From a virus (lineage: Duplodnaviria; Heunggongvirae; Uroviricota; Caudoviricetes), in the IMG/VR virus record IMGVR_UViG_2778261537_000020, positions 1 to 26,852 of that record: a DNA stretch of 26,852 nucleotides; one strand, given 5' to 3'. Under the pieces are notes generated by a model that was not told where the DNA came from, did no database searches, and saw nothing but the letters and a program-made list of their open reading frames with translations. The position numbers and the translations under genes are program-made. The stretch's first letter is position 1. The number at the start of each line of letters is the position of its first letter. Below, piece by piece: positions 1 to 9,753 of this stretch.

Positions 1-186
1 TCAGGCTTCCAGCAACGATCTTTCTTCCTCCGTTGCGATTTCCAGATCTACAGCATCCTGCAGTGGCGCAATATACTCACTGAATTCCTGGATGTAGAAC
101 TGTGTGGTGACGGTCTTCCAGCTATTCGGCTCCTGCTGTATTGAAGCATACCAGGCTATTTCAATATCGCTATGCTGCGGCAGCAT
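1..186 (-). pseudogene. tfaX: Tail fibre assembly protein fragment (tfaX-like); C-terminal part matches the Tfa at 2698..3279 but ends in a premature stop at window position 1-3
   Basis: 61-aa ORF containing ...[25 protein letters not shown], closely matching ...[29 protein letters not shown]... of the full Tfa; nt 1-82 align with 2773-2855; TGG to TGA relative to the intact copy; unrelated N-terminus. Confidence 0.5.
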
Positions 187-242
187 TTAACCCCTTGTAA
201 TTCATTGCCATAATTGATTTAATTCACAAATAAAACTATAAC

Positions 243-910
243 ATGGTGAAATTAATGAAAAAAAACACAGATGATGGGGCTAAAATTTACACACCACTTA
301 CCCTAAAGCTTTATGACTGGTGGGTTTTGGGAGTATCAAATCGGCTTGCATGGGGATGTCCTACAAAGGAACACCTTCTTCCACACTTTCTGGAACATTT
401 AGGTAACAACCATCTGGATATTGGTGTTGGAACTGGGTTTTACCTTACTCACGTACCTGAGAGTAGTCTGATATCTTTAATGGATTTGAACGAAGCTAGC
501 CTGAACGCGGCATCTACAAGGGCTGGGGAATCAAAAATTAAACATAAAATTAACCATGATGTTTTTGAACCTTATCCCGCGGCGTTACATGGTCAATTTG
601 ATTCCATTTCCATGTTTTACCTTCTTCACTGCCTGCCTGGAAATATATCTACAAAAAGCTGTGTAATACGCAATGCGGGCAGGCCTTAACTGACGATGGA
701 ACTCTATACGGAGCCACAATTCTTGGCGATGGAATTGTGCACAATAGCTTCGGTCAAAAACTGATGCGCATTTACAATCAGAAAGGCATCTTTTCAAACA
801 CAAAAGATTCCGAAGAAGGCTTAACACATATACTCTCAGAGCATTTCGAGAATGTTAAAACCAAGGTTCAAGGTACTGTAGTAATGTTTTCCGCTTCAGG
901 GAAAAAATAG
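243..910 (+). pseudogene. ybcY: SAM-dependent methyltransferase (ybcY-like), frameshifted near nt 650-690
   Basis: ORF 243..689 carries a DIGVGTGFY glycine-rich SAM-binding motif; the +1 frame continues plausibly (...TDDGTLYGATILGDGIVHNSFGQKLMRIYNQKGIF...SASGKK*) to a stop at 908-910. Confidence 0.55.
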
Positions 911-1275
911 CATCCAACCGCAGCACGTTCTTGCATAAGGCGTGTCTGCGGTTTTTCAACTATTCAGATACATCACTCCCATCACATTCATTCCTCCGCA
1001 TCATAGGCATATAGGCTATATCACCTTGATATTTTTCTTCTTCAGATAAAAACTGTTATCTATGTATACTTTTAAACCCAATCCGTGTAGAGTCTCTGCA
1101 TAAGATAGTTTGCAGTTGACACTTCAGCTTGCGCCATAAACCGCCTGATTTTTGCCGCCACCTGTTAGCATTCCTGTATACCTGAAACGACAATGTTTAT
1201 CTACGAACTTTAAGAACACCCAGGATAAAAATTGTCAACTATATCATATATAACACATTACTAATTCGAGGCTAT

Positions 1276-1389
1276 ATGAACAGCATACTGATAATCACTT
1301 CGCTCCTTATCATATTCAGCATTTTTAGTCATGCTCTAATAAAATTAGGGATTGGCATATCCAATAACCCAGACAAAACCGATGTATAA
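1276..1389 (+). CDS. Small hydrophobic 37-aa ORF ([37 protein letters not shown]), possible small membrane protein
   Basis: GAGG Shine-Dalgarno 5 nt upstream of the ATG; predicted single transmembrane helix; sits in an AT-rich island; not in the supplied ORF track because it is under 60 aa. Confidence 0.25.
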
Positions 1390-1457
1390 GTCAACATATC
1401 CTGAATCAGACATACAATATCGCAATGAAAATCAATAATATTTTAAGGAATATCTTC

Positions 1458-1691
1458 ATGAAATCAAAAGACACCCTAAAGTGGTTCCCTGCGCAGCTTC
1501 CTGAAGTAAGAATTATCCTAGGGGATGCTGTAGTGGAAGTAGCAAAACAGGGAAGACCTATCAATACCAGAACATTGCTTGATTACATTGAAGGAAACAT
1601 AAAGAAAAAGTCATGGCTGGATAACAAAGAATTATTACAAACAGCGATATCAGTTCTTAAAGACAACAAAAATTTAAATGGTAAAATGTAA
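1458..1691 (+). CDS. Hypothetical protein (77 aa from Met-12 with AAGGA RBS; 88 aa if started at 1425)
   Basis: ORF 1425..1691 in the track; AT-rich codon usage; no family recognised. Confidence 0.35.
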   Translation: MKSKDTLKWFPAQLPEVRIILGDAVVEVAKQGRPINTRTLLDYIEGNIKKKSWLDNKELLQTAISVLKDNKNLNGKM

Positions 1692-1920
1692 TATAATAAA
1701 CTTACTTTCTTATCATTTTTCCACTTTAACAACATTTTGCTCCACTTTTCCACGACCAAACAACTTGAAATCTGGTTAAAATAACACGCAACACTATTCT
1801 TCTTCCTTGAGTCCGCCCGGAACTCGAAAAACAAACCGAGTTAAGGCCATTTTTCACAAAATCGATTTTGGGTCTCACCAAAATTACGGGGTTGCATACG
1901 CATTCGTTTATTTTCGAACG

Positions 1921-1940
1921 TGTACATACAAATATGTACA
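1921..1940. promoter_or_regulatory. Perfect 8-bp inverted repeat TGTACATA-caaa-TATGTACA about 70 bp upstream of the serine recombinase; candidate recombinase binding/crossover site or operator
   Basis: Palindrome read directly; an additional ATATGTACA half-site lies at 1976-1984. Confidence 0.35.
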
Positions 1941-2009
1941 AAAATAATCAAAATTATTTTCTGAGATGCATTATGATATGTACACCAATTTCGTATAGAA
2001 GATCTCACT

Positions 2010-2600
2010 ATGTCTCGAATTTATGCTTACTGTCGGGTATCAACTCTGGAAAAGACAACCAAAAATCAACGTCGGGAAATCGAAAGTGCAGGTTTTAACA
2101 TCAAATCTCAGCAAATAATTGAAGAACAAATTAGCGGCTCAGCAGCAACCAGTGAGCGTCCTGGTTTTAACCAGTTGCTTGATCGACTGAAAAGAGGTGA
2201 TGCATTGATTGTCACAAAACTGGATCGCCTCGGTTGTAATCCAATGGATATCAGTAAAACGGTGGAACAACTGACCAAAGCAGGTATCAAAGTGCATTGC
2301 TTAGCATTGGGGGGCGTTGACCTGACCAGTCCACCTGGAAAAATGATGATGCAAGTAATTTCAGCAGTCGCTGAATTTGAGCGAGACCTTTTACTTGAGC
2401 GTACTCATTCAGGGATATTAAGAGCACGGGGCGCAGGAAAGCGATTTGGTCGCCCACCTGTGTTAAATGATGAACAAATACAGAGGGTACTAGAGCAAAT
2501 TAAGTCAGGTATAAATATAAGTGACATTGCCCAAGAATTCAAAACCTCGCGGCAAACCATTTTAAGAGCTAAAGCAAAAAATCAGACACCTGATATATAA
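2010..2600 (+). CDS. Small serine recombinase (resolvase/invertase family) with C-terminal HTH
   Basis: 196 aa; N-terminal YAYCRVST (catalytic Ser), resolvase-like core (...[10 protein letters not shown]...), C-terminal ...[40 protein letters not shown]; occupies the pin-like position next to tfa but is not obviously Pin/Gin-like. Confidence 0.8.
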   Translation: MSRIYAYCRVSTLEKTTKNQRREIESAGFNIKSQQIIEEQISGSAATSERPGFNQLLDRLKRGDALIVTKLDRLGCNPMDISKTVEQLTKAGIKVHCLALGGVDLTSPPGKMMMQVISAVAEFERDLLLERTHSGILRARGAGKRFGRPPVLNDEQIQRVLEQIKSGINISDIAQEFKTSRQTILRAKAKNQTPDI

Positions 2601-2697
2601 AAATAATCTCGGTGTGAGATTCCTTACGTTTTCCAAGCCCCCCTTCCTAGCCTTAAATGGAAAGATACTTCTAATTATAGAATTTATATATCTTACC

Positions 2698-3279
2698 CTA
2701 CGGTAGGGCTGGCCATTCAATATCCGGTGCAGTTGATGTATCAACACGGTTCAGCAACACCCGATACTTTTTCCAGGCTTCCAGCAACAAGGTTTCTTTC
2801 TCCGTTGCGATCTCCAGATCCACAGCATCCTGAAGCGGCGCTATATGCTCACTGGCTACCTGCATCAGGCTGTTTTTTGTTTCTTCCGCCTCCCGGATCC
2901 GGAACAGTTTTTCTGCTTCCGTATCCTTCACCCAGGCTGTGCCGTTCCACTTCTGAAACTCCCCTTCCGGGGATAACCAGGTGACATTTTCCGGTAATGA
3001 GCCGAGTTCAGAAATAAATAACGCGTCGCCGGAAGCCACGTCATAAACCGTTTTACCCCGATGATCTTCAACGAGATGCCACGATGACTCATCACTGTTG
3101 AAAACAGCCACGAAACCAGCCGGAATATCTGGCGGTGCAATATCGGTACTGTTTGCTGGCAGACCTGTATGAGGCGGAATGTATGCGTCACCTTCACCAA
3201 TAAATTCATTAGTTCCGGCCAGCAGATTATAAATTGTTATGGTCCGTGGTTGTTCACTCATTCTGAAATCCATGTTCAC
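2698..3279 (-). CDS. tfa: Tail fibre assembly protein Tfa (lambda Tfa-like)
   Basis: 193 aa; ...[52 protein letters not shown]... matches remembered lambda Tfa almost residue for residue. Confidence 0.85.
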   Translation of the reverse strand: MNMDFRMSEQPRTITIYNLLAGTNEFIGEGDAYIPPHTGLPANSTDIAPPDIPAGFVAVFNSDESSWHLVEDHRGKTVYDVASGDALFISELGSLPENVTWLSPEGEFQKWNGTAWVKDTEAEKLFRIREAEETKNSLMQVASEHIAPLQDAVDLEIATEKETLLLEAWKKYRVLLNRVDTSTAPDIEWPALP

Positions 3280-3281
3280 CT

Positions 3282-4184
3282 CTACTTAATATCAGAGACA
3301 GAATATTGTTTATTGAGCGTATGGGTGTGAGCACCAATAACGATGCTACTTCCGTGGCTATGTGCGCCAGAGATGACATTACCTACAGGATTTTCTGGAT
3401 TAATCCGGTGTATATGCGAACCAGGGCGAAACCGGTTATTAGCCTGATGTTGTATCAGTACATCATCAGCCTGATGTTCAGGGTTAATACAGACCTGCCC
3501 GGAACGTGAGCAATACGTCCGATAATCGCCGCATCCAATATATTTAGTATCCGCATAACGGCAAACAGAATTACCCGGACAGTATGCATATGTGCCAAAT
3601 ACTGCCGACTGGCGGGATTGTGCGTATTCCCAGTTAATTGATTCTGTTTTTTTATTAAAGTTATCCCATGCCTGCTTCATCTGCCGGGCAACGCTTTCAA
3701 ACGGCACCTGACCACATCCGGCTCCCATTGCAGGGAATACCACCGTCTTTATTTTCCTGTCTGTCGTTGCGTTTTTATTGTGCTGAAAGATAGCAAGTAG
3801 AGCTGCCCAAGTTGCGTTATATACAGCGTCTGTTCCGTCAATTGTCAACGGAACACGCATTGTTGGCGCATGTACCAGCCAGGGGTGATAATTATGCCCC
3901 GTTTCAATAACAAATGCAGAACCTACAGGCTGCTCGCCGAGATATTCACGAAGAATATGATTCTGAACGCGGGCCTGTAGCTGAGAACCGAAGAATGTGG
4001 TAATGGCGGCATCAACACCGCCATCCATCAGGCCGAAACTATTTGCCGCACTTACCATGCAGTCAAATTCTCTGATTGTTTCAAATGGCTTTCCGACAAT
4101 ATTCACATTATCTGCATTTGCAAATACCCGCTTAAATGCTTCAGCCATTTCGGTTACTGGTGCAGAAAGAATGAGCGTAATCAT
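3282..4184 (-). CDS. Macro-domain protein (ADP-ribose-binding/processing fold) with Cys-rich region and His-x-His tail-fibre-tip-like C-terminus
   Basis: 300 aa; macro signature ...[19 protein letters not shown]...; C-terminus ...[20 protein letters not shown] resembles HxH repeats of Stf tips; start overlaps the stf stop (ATGA) and its stop lies 3 nt before tfa. Confidence 0.6.
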   Translation of the reverse strand: MITLILSAPVTEMAEAFKRVFANADNVNIVGKPFETIREFDCMVSAANSFGLMDGGVDAAITTFFGSQLQARVQNHILREYLGEQPVGSAFVIETGHNYHPWLVHAPTMRVPLTIDGTDAVYNATWAALLAIFQHNKNATTDRKIKTVVFPAMGAGCGQVPFESVARQMKQAWDNFNKKTESINWEYAQSRQSAVFGTYAYCPGNSVCRYADTKYIGCGDYRTYCSRSGQVCINPEHQADDVLIQHQANNRFRPGSHIHRINPENPVGNVISGAHSHGSSIVIGAHTHTLNKQYSVSDIK

Positions 4185-5683
4185 GCAAGCCTCACAATAT
4201 AGTTAAATGCGATGTTTTTGACGGTGTTTTCCGCGTTACCAGCAGCGTTAACGGTGATGGTGTGTCCATGTGAGCCAATCGCAACCGAGTGCGTATGAGC
4301 ACCAATACCGACAGTATGTGCGTGAGCACCTGCAGATGCAGCTGTGCCGCTGACACTATGAGTGTGCGCTCCTGCAGCACTTGTATTCACACTGGCCGCA
4401 GACACTACCTTATGTACTGACCCATTTTGTGACCACTGGCTGACTGCTGATGCGCCTGTGACACTATGAGTATGGTTTCCGGCACTTGCGGCTGTACCGC
4501 TCACACTGTGCGTATGCGCCCCGATGTTATTCGTGGATTTAGTGCCGTAATCAAACGACGATGTGGTTTTCGTCCCCAAATCCGTACTGGATGCGCTGGC
4601 GCTGTGGGTGTGCGATTTAATGCCGTCCTGTTCCTGAGACAATACGGCCCGACCACTGGCAGGTTTGCCCTTAATCGTCCAGCCACGCATATCAGGGATC
4701 ACGCCTGACGGATAAGCGGCTGCAAGTTTCGGGTATGCAGATTTGTCAAAAGTCTGCCCCTGCATCAGGACATAACCAGACGGAACGGTATCTGATGGCC
4801 ACGGGATTGGTGCACCGACTGGATAAAACTCTGCAGGAGGATGAGCCGAGGTGTAAAGCTGCGCCCACGGCGACCAGTTTGCGTCGGTCGTATCCCGTCG
4901 TGAACGAATAAATGCCGGAGCATGAGCACCGCTTGTACCACTCCAGCCGATGAGTAACTCACCTTCGCCAACGGCTGTCATCCCTTTCAGGTGAATGATA
5001 TTTCCATACGTTGTTGGATATCCGTTGTTATACACCTCGTATAACTCAAGACCTGCTGCCCCCTGCGTATTGTCTGTCAGCGCGGCTACCCGACCTTTTG
5101 AAGCCAGATTAACTGATGATACTGCTGTTCCACCTGACGGTAGCGCCCCGATCTCTGATGCCGTTGGCTTATTTCTGGAGTTATAGTCCCTTCGCCAGCC
5201 AGGTGAATAATCTGTTCCGTGATTAATATAGGTAAACTGGGCGTTGGTTGTTCCGCCACCGCTGGATGTGGTCGGAGTGGTAATGCGGATCGTCATCGCT
5301 GACTTTATCCCCATTACTTCAATGACAGCTCCGGCGAGATGAATATTACCGCAGCCAGTATCAGTAATGATTTTATTATTGCCATAAGACCAGGAACCCT
5401 TGCACATCCAGTATGGATGGTTAAATGCTCCCTGAGAATCCAGCCACTCGATAAACTGTGCAGTCGTCCAGTTTCCTGTTGTTGTGCTTACTGACCCACC
5501 GAAGGCACGGCAGGCACCAATATTTTTCGTAAAGGTGTCTTTGCCAGGGATATCCGCACCGTTCTGATCTTTCTGCAGACGTTTCTCAGCATTGTCATTG
5601 GCTGCTTTTACTGCCTTTGGCGTTGCCGCCAGCGTTTCAGACGTGCTGTTGGTCGCGCTGCTCACCCTTGCGGGCCATGTCAT
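4181..5683 (-). CDS. stf: Side tail fibre protein Stf, distal portion only (5'-truncated by deletion/fusion to H)
   Basis: 500 aa; begins at the internal conserved ...[19 protein letters not shown]... motif and ends ...[31 protein letters not shown] as in lambda Stf; the N-terminal half of Stf is absent. Confidence 0.8.
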   Translation of the reverse strand: MTWPARVSSATNSTSETLAATPKAVKAANDNAEKRLQKDQNGADIPGKDTFTKNIGACRAFGGSVSTTTGNWTTAQFIEWLDSQGAFNHPYWMCKGSWSYGNNKIITDTGCGNIHLAGAVIEVMGIKSAMTIRITTPTTSSGGGTTNAQFTYINHGTDYSPGWRRDYNSRNKPTASEIGALPSGGTAVSSVNLASKGRVAALTDNTQGAAGLELYEVYNNGYPTTYGNIIHLKGMTAVGEGELLIGWSGTSGAHAPAFIRSRRDTTDANWSPWAQLYTSAHPPAEFYPVGAPIPWPSDTVPSGYVLMQGQTFDKSAYPKLAAAYPSGVIPDMRGWTIKGKPASGRAVLSQEQDGIKSHTHSASASSTDLGTKTTSSFDYGTKSTNNIGAHTHSVSGTAASAGNHTHSVTGASAVSQWSQNGSVHKVVSAASVNTSAAGAHTHSVSGTAASAGAHAHTVGIGAHTHSVAIGSHGHTITVNAAGNAENTVKNIAFNYIVRLA

Positions 5684-8162
5684 ACACTGCCTTCATCATC
5701 TGTGGACCTGGCAGACCATTCGTACCGTCGTTCTGAATCACCACGTGATTGTTCTGATTAAAATTAATGCCTTCAGCCCGCCGCATCTGCGCCGGACTTC
5801 CGGCACCGCCCACATAACCACCTTCCGCATAGCCCCGCATCAGGCGGTACAGGTTGCCGACACCAATCCGGCTGGTTGCCTCCTTCGTGAAGACAAATTC
5901 GCCACGGTGAACAATCCCCGCTGGCTCATATTTGCCGCCGGTTCCCGTAAATCCCCCGGTCGCAAAACGGAATTTCGCCGCAGCGGCCTGAATGGCTGTA
6001 CCGCCTGACGCGGATGCTCCACCACTGGCAGCACCGCCAATGGCGCTGCCGATACTCCCGACAATCCCCACCATTGCCTGCTTAAGCAGAATTTCTGTCA
6101 TCATGGACAGCACGGAACGGGTGAAGCTGCGCCAGTTCTGCTCACTGCCGGTCAGCATCGCCGCCATATTCTGTGCAATACCATCAAAGGTCTGCGTGGC
6201 TGCACTTTTAACCTGCGACATACTGTCCGTGGCGCTCTCTTCCCACTCACTCCAGCCGGACTTCAGGCCTGCCATCCAGCTCCCGCGAAGCTGGTCTTCA
6301 GCCGCCCAGGTCTTTTTCTGCTCTGACATGACGTTATTCAGCGCCAGCGGATTATCGCCATACTGTTCCTTCAGGCGCTGTTCCGTGGCTTCCCGTTCTG
6401 CCTGCCGGTCAGTCAGCCCCCGGCTTTTCGCATCAATGGCGGCCCGTTTTGCCCGTTGCTGCTGTGCGAATTTATCCGCCTGCTGCGCCAGCGCGTTCAG
6501 GCGCTCCTGATACGTAACCTTGTCGCCAAGTGCAGCCAGCTGGCGTTTGTACTCCAGCGTCTCATCTTTATGCGCCAGCAGGGATTTCTCCTGTGCAGAC
6601 AGCTGGCGACGTTGCGCCGCCTCCTCCAGTACCGCGAACTGACTCTCCGCCTTCCACAAATCCCGGCGCTGCTGGCTGATTTTCTCATTCGCTCCGGCAT
6701 GCTTCTCCAGCGTCCGGAGTTCTGCCTGAAGCGTCAGCAGGGCAGCATGAGCACTGTCTTCCTGACGATCGCCCGCAGACACCTTCACGCCGGACTGTTT
6801 CGGCTTTTTCAGCGTCGCTTCATAATCCTTTTTCGCCGCCGCCATCAGCGTGTTGTAATCCGCCTGCAGGATTTTCCCGTCTTTCAGTGCCTTGTTCAGT
6901 TCTTCCTGACGGGCGGTATATTTCTCCAGCGGCGTCTGCAGCCGTTCGTAAGCCTTCTGCGCCTCTTCGGTATATTTCAGCCGTGACGCTTCGGTATCGC
7001 TCTGCTGCTGCGCATTTTTGTCCTGTTGAGTCTGCTGCTCAGCCTTCTTTCGGGCGGCTTCAAGCGCAAGACGGGCCTTTTCACGATCATCCCAGTAACG
7101 CGCCCGCGCTTCATCGTTAACAAAATAATCATCCTTGCGCAGATTCCAGATGTCGTCTGCTTTCTTAAACGCAGCCTCTGCCTTAATCAGCATCTCCTGC
7201 GCGGTATCAGGACGACCAATATCCAGCACCGCATCCCACATGGATTTGAATGCCCGCGCAGTCCTGTCTGCCCAGGTCTCCAGCGTGCCCATGTTCTCTT
7301 TCAGGCGGCGGGTCTGGTCATCAAACCCTTTCGTTGCGGCCTCGTTCGCCGCCTGCAATGCCCCGGCTTCATCGCCGGAACGCTGCAACTGAGCAACATA
7401 CGCAATCTGCTCCGCCGTCACGTTATGGAACTGGCGTGCCATCGCCGTCAGCCCCGACGTCGGGTCTGTGGTCAGCTTCCCGAAGGCTTCAGCGACCTTG
7501 TCCACCTCCACGCCGGATGCAGAGGAGAAACGCGCCACACTCTGGCTGATGGACGCAATCTGAGCCTCACCGCTTACCCCCGCCTTAACCAGTGCGCTGA
7601 GTGACTCGCTGGTCTGGTTAAACGTCAGCCCTGCCGCCTGCCCGGCTCTGGACAGGACCAGCATACGATCTGCCGTCAGTCCCGCCTGATTGCCGGAAAG
7701 GACCAGCGTTTTGTTGAAATCGGACAGGGTTGAGTTGCCCTGATACCAGGCATACGCCAGCGCACCGGTCGCCACCGCCAGCGAGGTGGCCCCCACCATC
7801 GGCAGGGTGATCGCACCGGCAAGCCCCCTGAACATGGGGATCATCCCGCCGAAGGAGTCCTTCACCTGCCCCCCCTGTTGCAGCAGGATCAGCCACGGAC
7901 TTTGCCCGCCTGCAAGCTGCGTGGCCACGTCGGTGAACTGTGCAGGCAGCATACGCATGGCGGCTTTATACTGCCCGACGGAAATCCCCGCTTTCTGTGC
8001 AGCCAGCGCCTGTCGGCTCAGCGACTGTTCAACGACTGCCGCTGTTTTTTTCGCATCACTTTCCGTACCGGAAAAATGACGCCTGACTCTGGCCATCTGC
8101 TCGTCAAATCTGGCCGCATCCAGACTCAAATCAACGACCAGATCGCCTACCGGTTCAGCCAT
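5637..8162 (-). CDS. H: Tail tape measure protein H (lambda gpH-like), diverging over the last ~8 residues
   Basis: 841 aa; [30 protein letters not shown]... essentially collinear with remembered lambda H up to ...[10 protein letters not shown], then EQRDQQHV*. Confidence 0.9.
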   Translation of the reverse strand: MAEPVGDLVVDLSLDAARFDEQMARVRRHFSGTESDAKKTAAVVEQSLSRQALAAQKAGISVGQYKAAMRMLPAQFTDVATQLAGGQSPWLILLQQGGQVKDSFGGMIPMFRGLAGAITLPMVGATSLAVATGALAYAWYQGNSTLSDFNKTLVLSGNQAGLTADRMLVLSRAGQAAGLTFNQTSESLSALVKAGVSGEAQIASISQSVARFSSASGVEVDKVAEAFGKLTTDPTSGLTAMARQFHNVTAEQIAYVAQLQRSGDEAGALQAANEAATKGFDDQTRRLKENMGTLETWADRTARAFKSMWDAVLDIGRPDTAQEMLIKAEAAFKKADDIWNLRKDDYFVNDEARARYWDDREKARLALEAARKKAEQQTQQDKNAQQQSDTEASRLKYTEEAQKAYERLQTPLEKYTARQEELNKALKDGKILQADYNTLMAAAKKDYEATLKKPKQSGVKVSAGDRQEDSAHAALLTLQAELRTLEKHAGANEKISQQRRDLWKAESQFAVLEEAAQRRQLSAQEKSLLAHKDETLEYKRQLAALGDKVTYQERLNALAQQADKFAQQQRAKRAAIDAKSRGLTDRQAEREATEQRLKEQYGDNPLALNNVMSEQKKTWAAEDQLRGSWMAGLKSGWSEWEESATDSMSQVKSAATQTFDGIAQNMAAMLTGSEQNWRSFTRSVLSMMTEILLKQAMVGIVGSIGSAIGGAASGGASASGGTAIQAAAAKFRFATGGFTGTGGKYEPAGIVHRGEFVFTKEATSRIGVGNLYRLMRGYAEGGYVGGAGSPAQMRRAEGINFNQNNHVVIQNDGTNGLPGPQMMKAVYDMARKGEQRDQQHV

Positions 8163-9045
8163 ACCGGACTCCTCCTGCGATCCCTTCTGATACTGTCATC
8201 AGCATTACGTCATCCTCCGTCATGTCCGCCACATCCGGGGAAGCGGGGACATCCGGCGTCCATTTGAGGCCAAACGGCGTCTCTTTGTCGCCAAATTTAA
8301 GATACTGCTCCTCCCCGCAGTGCGGGCAGGCAACATGAAAACGCATAAAATGCGGGGATTCACTGGCTGCACGCTCAATCTGGCAGGTGCCTCTCACTTT
8401 GGGCGTGGAGCCACGGATGGACTTTGGCCAGACCGAGCCTTCAATACGTTTGTCGCCAAGGAACGTCGGAGAGCCTTCCTGTTCAATATCCTCATCAAAG
8501 GCAGCAAGTTCATCATAACCCGCCACATCCACCGACTTTTCACGGTAGTTTTTTGCCGCTTTACCGCCCAGGCACCAGAAGCCACGACCATTGGAAAAAC
8601 GCTTCATAGTGAGCGTGTTATCCCGGTGCTTTTTGCCATACCACGGAGCCAGCGCCAGCAGCGACGGAATATCGCGGATGGTCGGCTCAACGTGGGTTTT
8701 CATAAAGTTCTCGGCATCACCATCCGTCGGCAACCAGATAAGGGTGTTGCGCTGCTTATGCTCTATAAAGTAGGCATAAACACCCAGCAGCATTTTGGAA
8801 TAACCGACACGGGCAGACTTCACCACATTCACCTCACGGATGTAGTCGCTGCCCATCGCATTCATGATGGCCCGCTGAAAGGGCAGTGTTTCCCAGCGCC
8901 CTTCCTGGTATGCGGATTCTTTTGGGAGATAGTAATTGGCATCCGCCCATTCAACGGCGGTCTGTGGCTCCGGCCTGAACAGTGAGCGAAGCCCGGCGCG
9001 GACAAAATGCCGCAGCCTGTTAACCTGACTGTTCGATATATTCAC
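8155..9045 (-). pseudogene. A: Terminase large subunit A, N-terminal ~265 residues then out-of-frame tail (deletion remnant)
   Basis: MNISNSQVNRLRHFVRAGLRSLFRPEPQTAVEWADANYYLPKE... matches lambda gpA up to ...FGLKWTPD, then unrelated 31 aa and a stop 4 nt before the H start; lambda gpA is ~641 aa. Confidence 0.85.
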
Positions 9046-9565
9046 TCAGCAACCCCGGTATCAGTTCATCCAGCGCGGCTGCTTTGTTCATGGCTTTGAT
9101 GATATCCCGTTTCAGGAAATCAACATGTCGGTTTTCCAGTTCCGGAAAACGCCGCTGCACCGACAGGGGGATCCCGTCGAGAATACTGGCAATTTCACCT
9201 GCGATCCGCGACAGCACGAAAGTACAGAATGCGGTTTCCACCACTTCAGCGGAGTCTCTGGCATTTTTCAGCTCCTGTGCGTCGGCCTGCGCACGCGTAA
9301 GTCGATGGCGTTCGTACTCAATAGTCCCTGGCTGGAGATCTGTCTCGCTGGCCTGCCGCAGTTCTTCAACTTCCCGGCGCAGCTTTTCGTTCTCAATTTC
9401 AGCATCCCTTTCGGCATACCATTTTATGACGGCGGCAGAGTCATAAAGCACCTCATTACCCTTGCCACCGCCTCGCAGAACGGGCATTCCCTGTTCCTGC
9501 CAGTTCTGAATGGTACGGATACTCGCACCGAAAATGTCAGCCAGCTGCTTTTTGTTGACTTCCAT
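9020..9565 (-). CDS. nu1: Terminase small subunit Nu1
   Basis: 181 aa, MEVNKKQLADIFGASIRTIQNWQEQGMPVLRGGGKGNEVLYDSAAVIKWY... matches lambda Nu1; 26-nt overlap with A as in lambda. Confidence 0.9.
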   Translation of the reverse strand: MEVNKKQLADIFGASIRTIQNWQEQGMPVLRGGGKGNEVLYDSAAVIKWYAERDAEIENEKLRREVEELRQASETDLQPGTIEYERHRLTRAQADAQELKNARDSAEVVETAFCTFVLSRIAGEIASILDGIPLSVQRRFPELENRHVDFLKRDIIKAMNKAAALDELIPGLLSEYIEQSG

Positions 9566-9741
9566 TGTTCATTCCACGGACAAAAACAGAGAAAGGAAAC
9601 GACAGAGGCCAAAAAGCTCGCTTTCAGCACCTGTCGTTTCCTTTCTTTTCAGAGGGTATTTTAAATAAAAACATTAAGTTATGACGAAGAAGAACGGAAA
9701 CGCCTTAAACCGGAAAATTTTCATAAATAGCGAAAACCCGC

Positions 9742-9753
9742 GAGGTCGCCGCC
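9742..9753. other. cos: cosN cohesive-end sequence (reverse complement of lambda GGGCGGCGACCT), with cosB-like region between it and the Nu1 start
   Basis: Window 9731-9770 gaaaacccgcgaggtcgccgccccgtaacctgtcggatcg is the reverse complement of the remembered lambda right-end/left-end junction ...CGATCCGACAGGTTACG|GGGCGGCGACCTCGCGGGTTTTC. Confidence 0.7.

Noticed and set aside
585-827. 80-aa minus-strand ORF across the methyltransferase frameshift region
   Set aside because: Antisense to the methyltransferase reading frames, which together give a plausible full-length protein.
3282-4184. Possibility that the macro-domain ORF is an artefact of a frameshifted tail-fibre gene
   Set aside because: The frame is open for 300 codons with precise start/stop coupling to stf and tfa and has a coherent domain signature, so it is treated as a real gene; only its C-terminal ~40 residues look tail-fibre-derived.
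5592-8267. Multiple plus-strand ORFs (e.g. 5592..6008, 5992..6510, 6456..6986, 7026..7604, 7878..8267) and small minus-strand ORFs overlapping the H gene
   Set aside because: The minus-strand frame encodes a full-length protein collinear with lambda tape-measure H; the others are antisense or off-frame ORFs typical of GC-rich coding sequence and have no recognisable features.
8320-8985. 221-aa plus-strand ORF and smaller ORFs inside the truncated terminase A gene
   Set aside because: Antisense to a region with clear lambda gpA homology; no independent support.
9084-9664. Plus-strand ORFs of 120 and 179 aa overlapping Nu1 and the cos region
   Set aside because: Antisense to Nu1 and running across cos; low-complexity translation.
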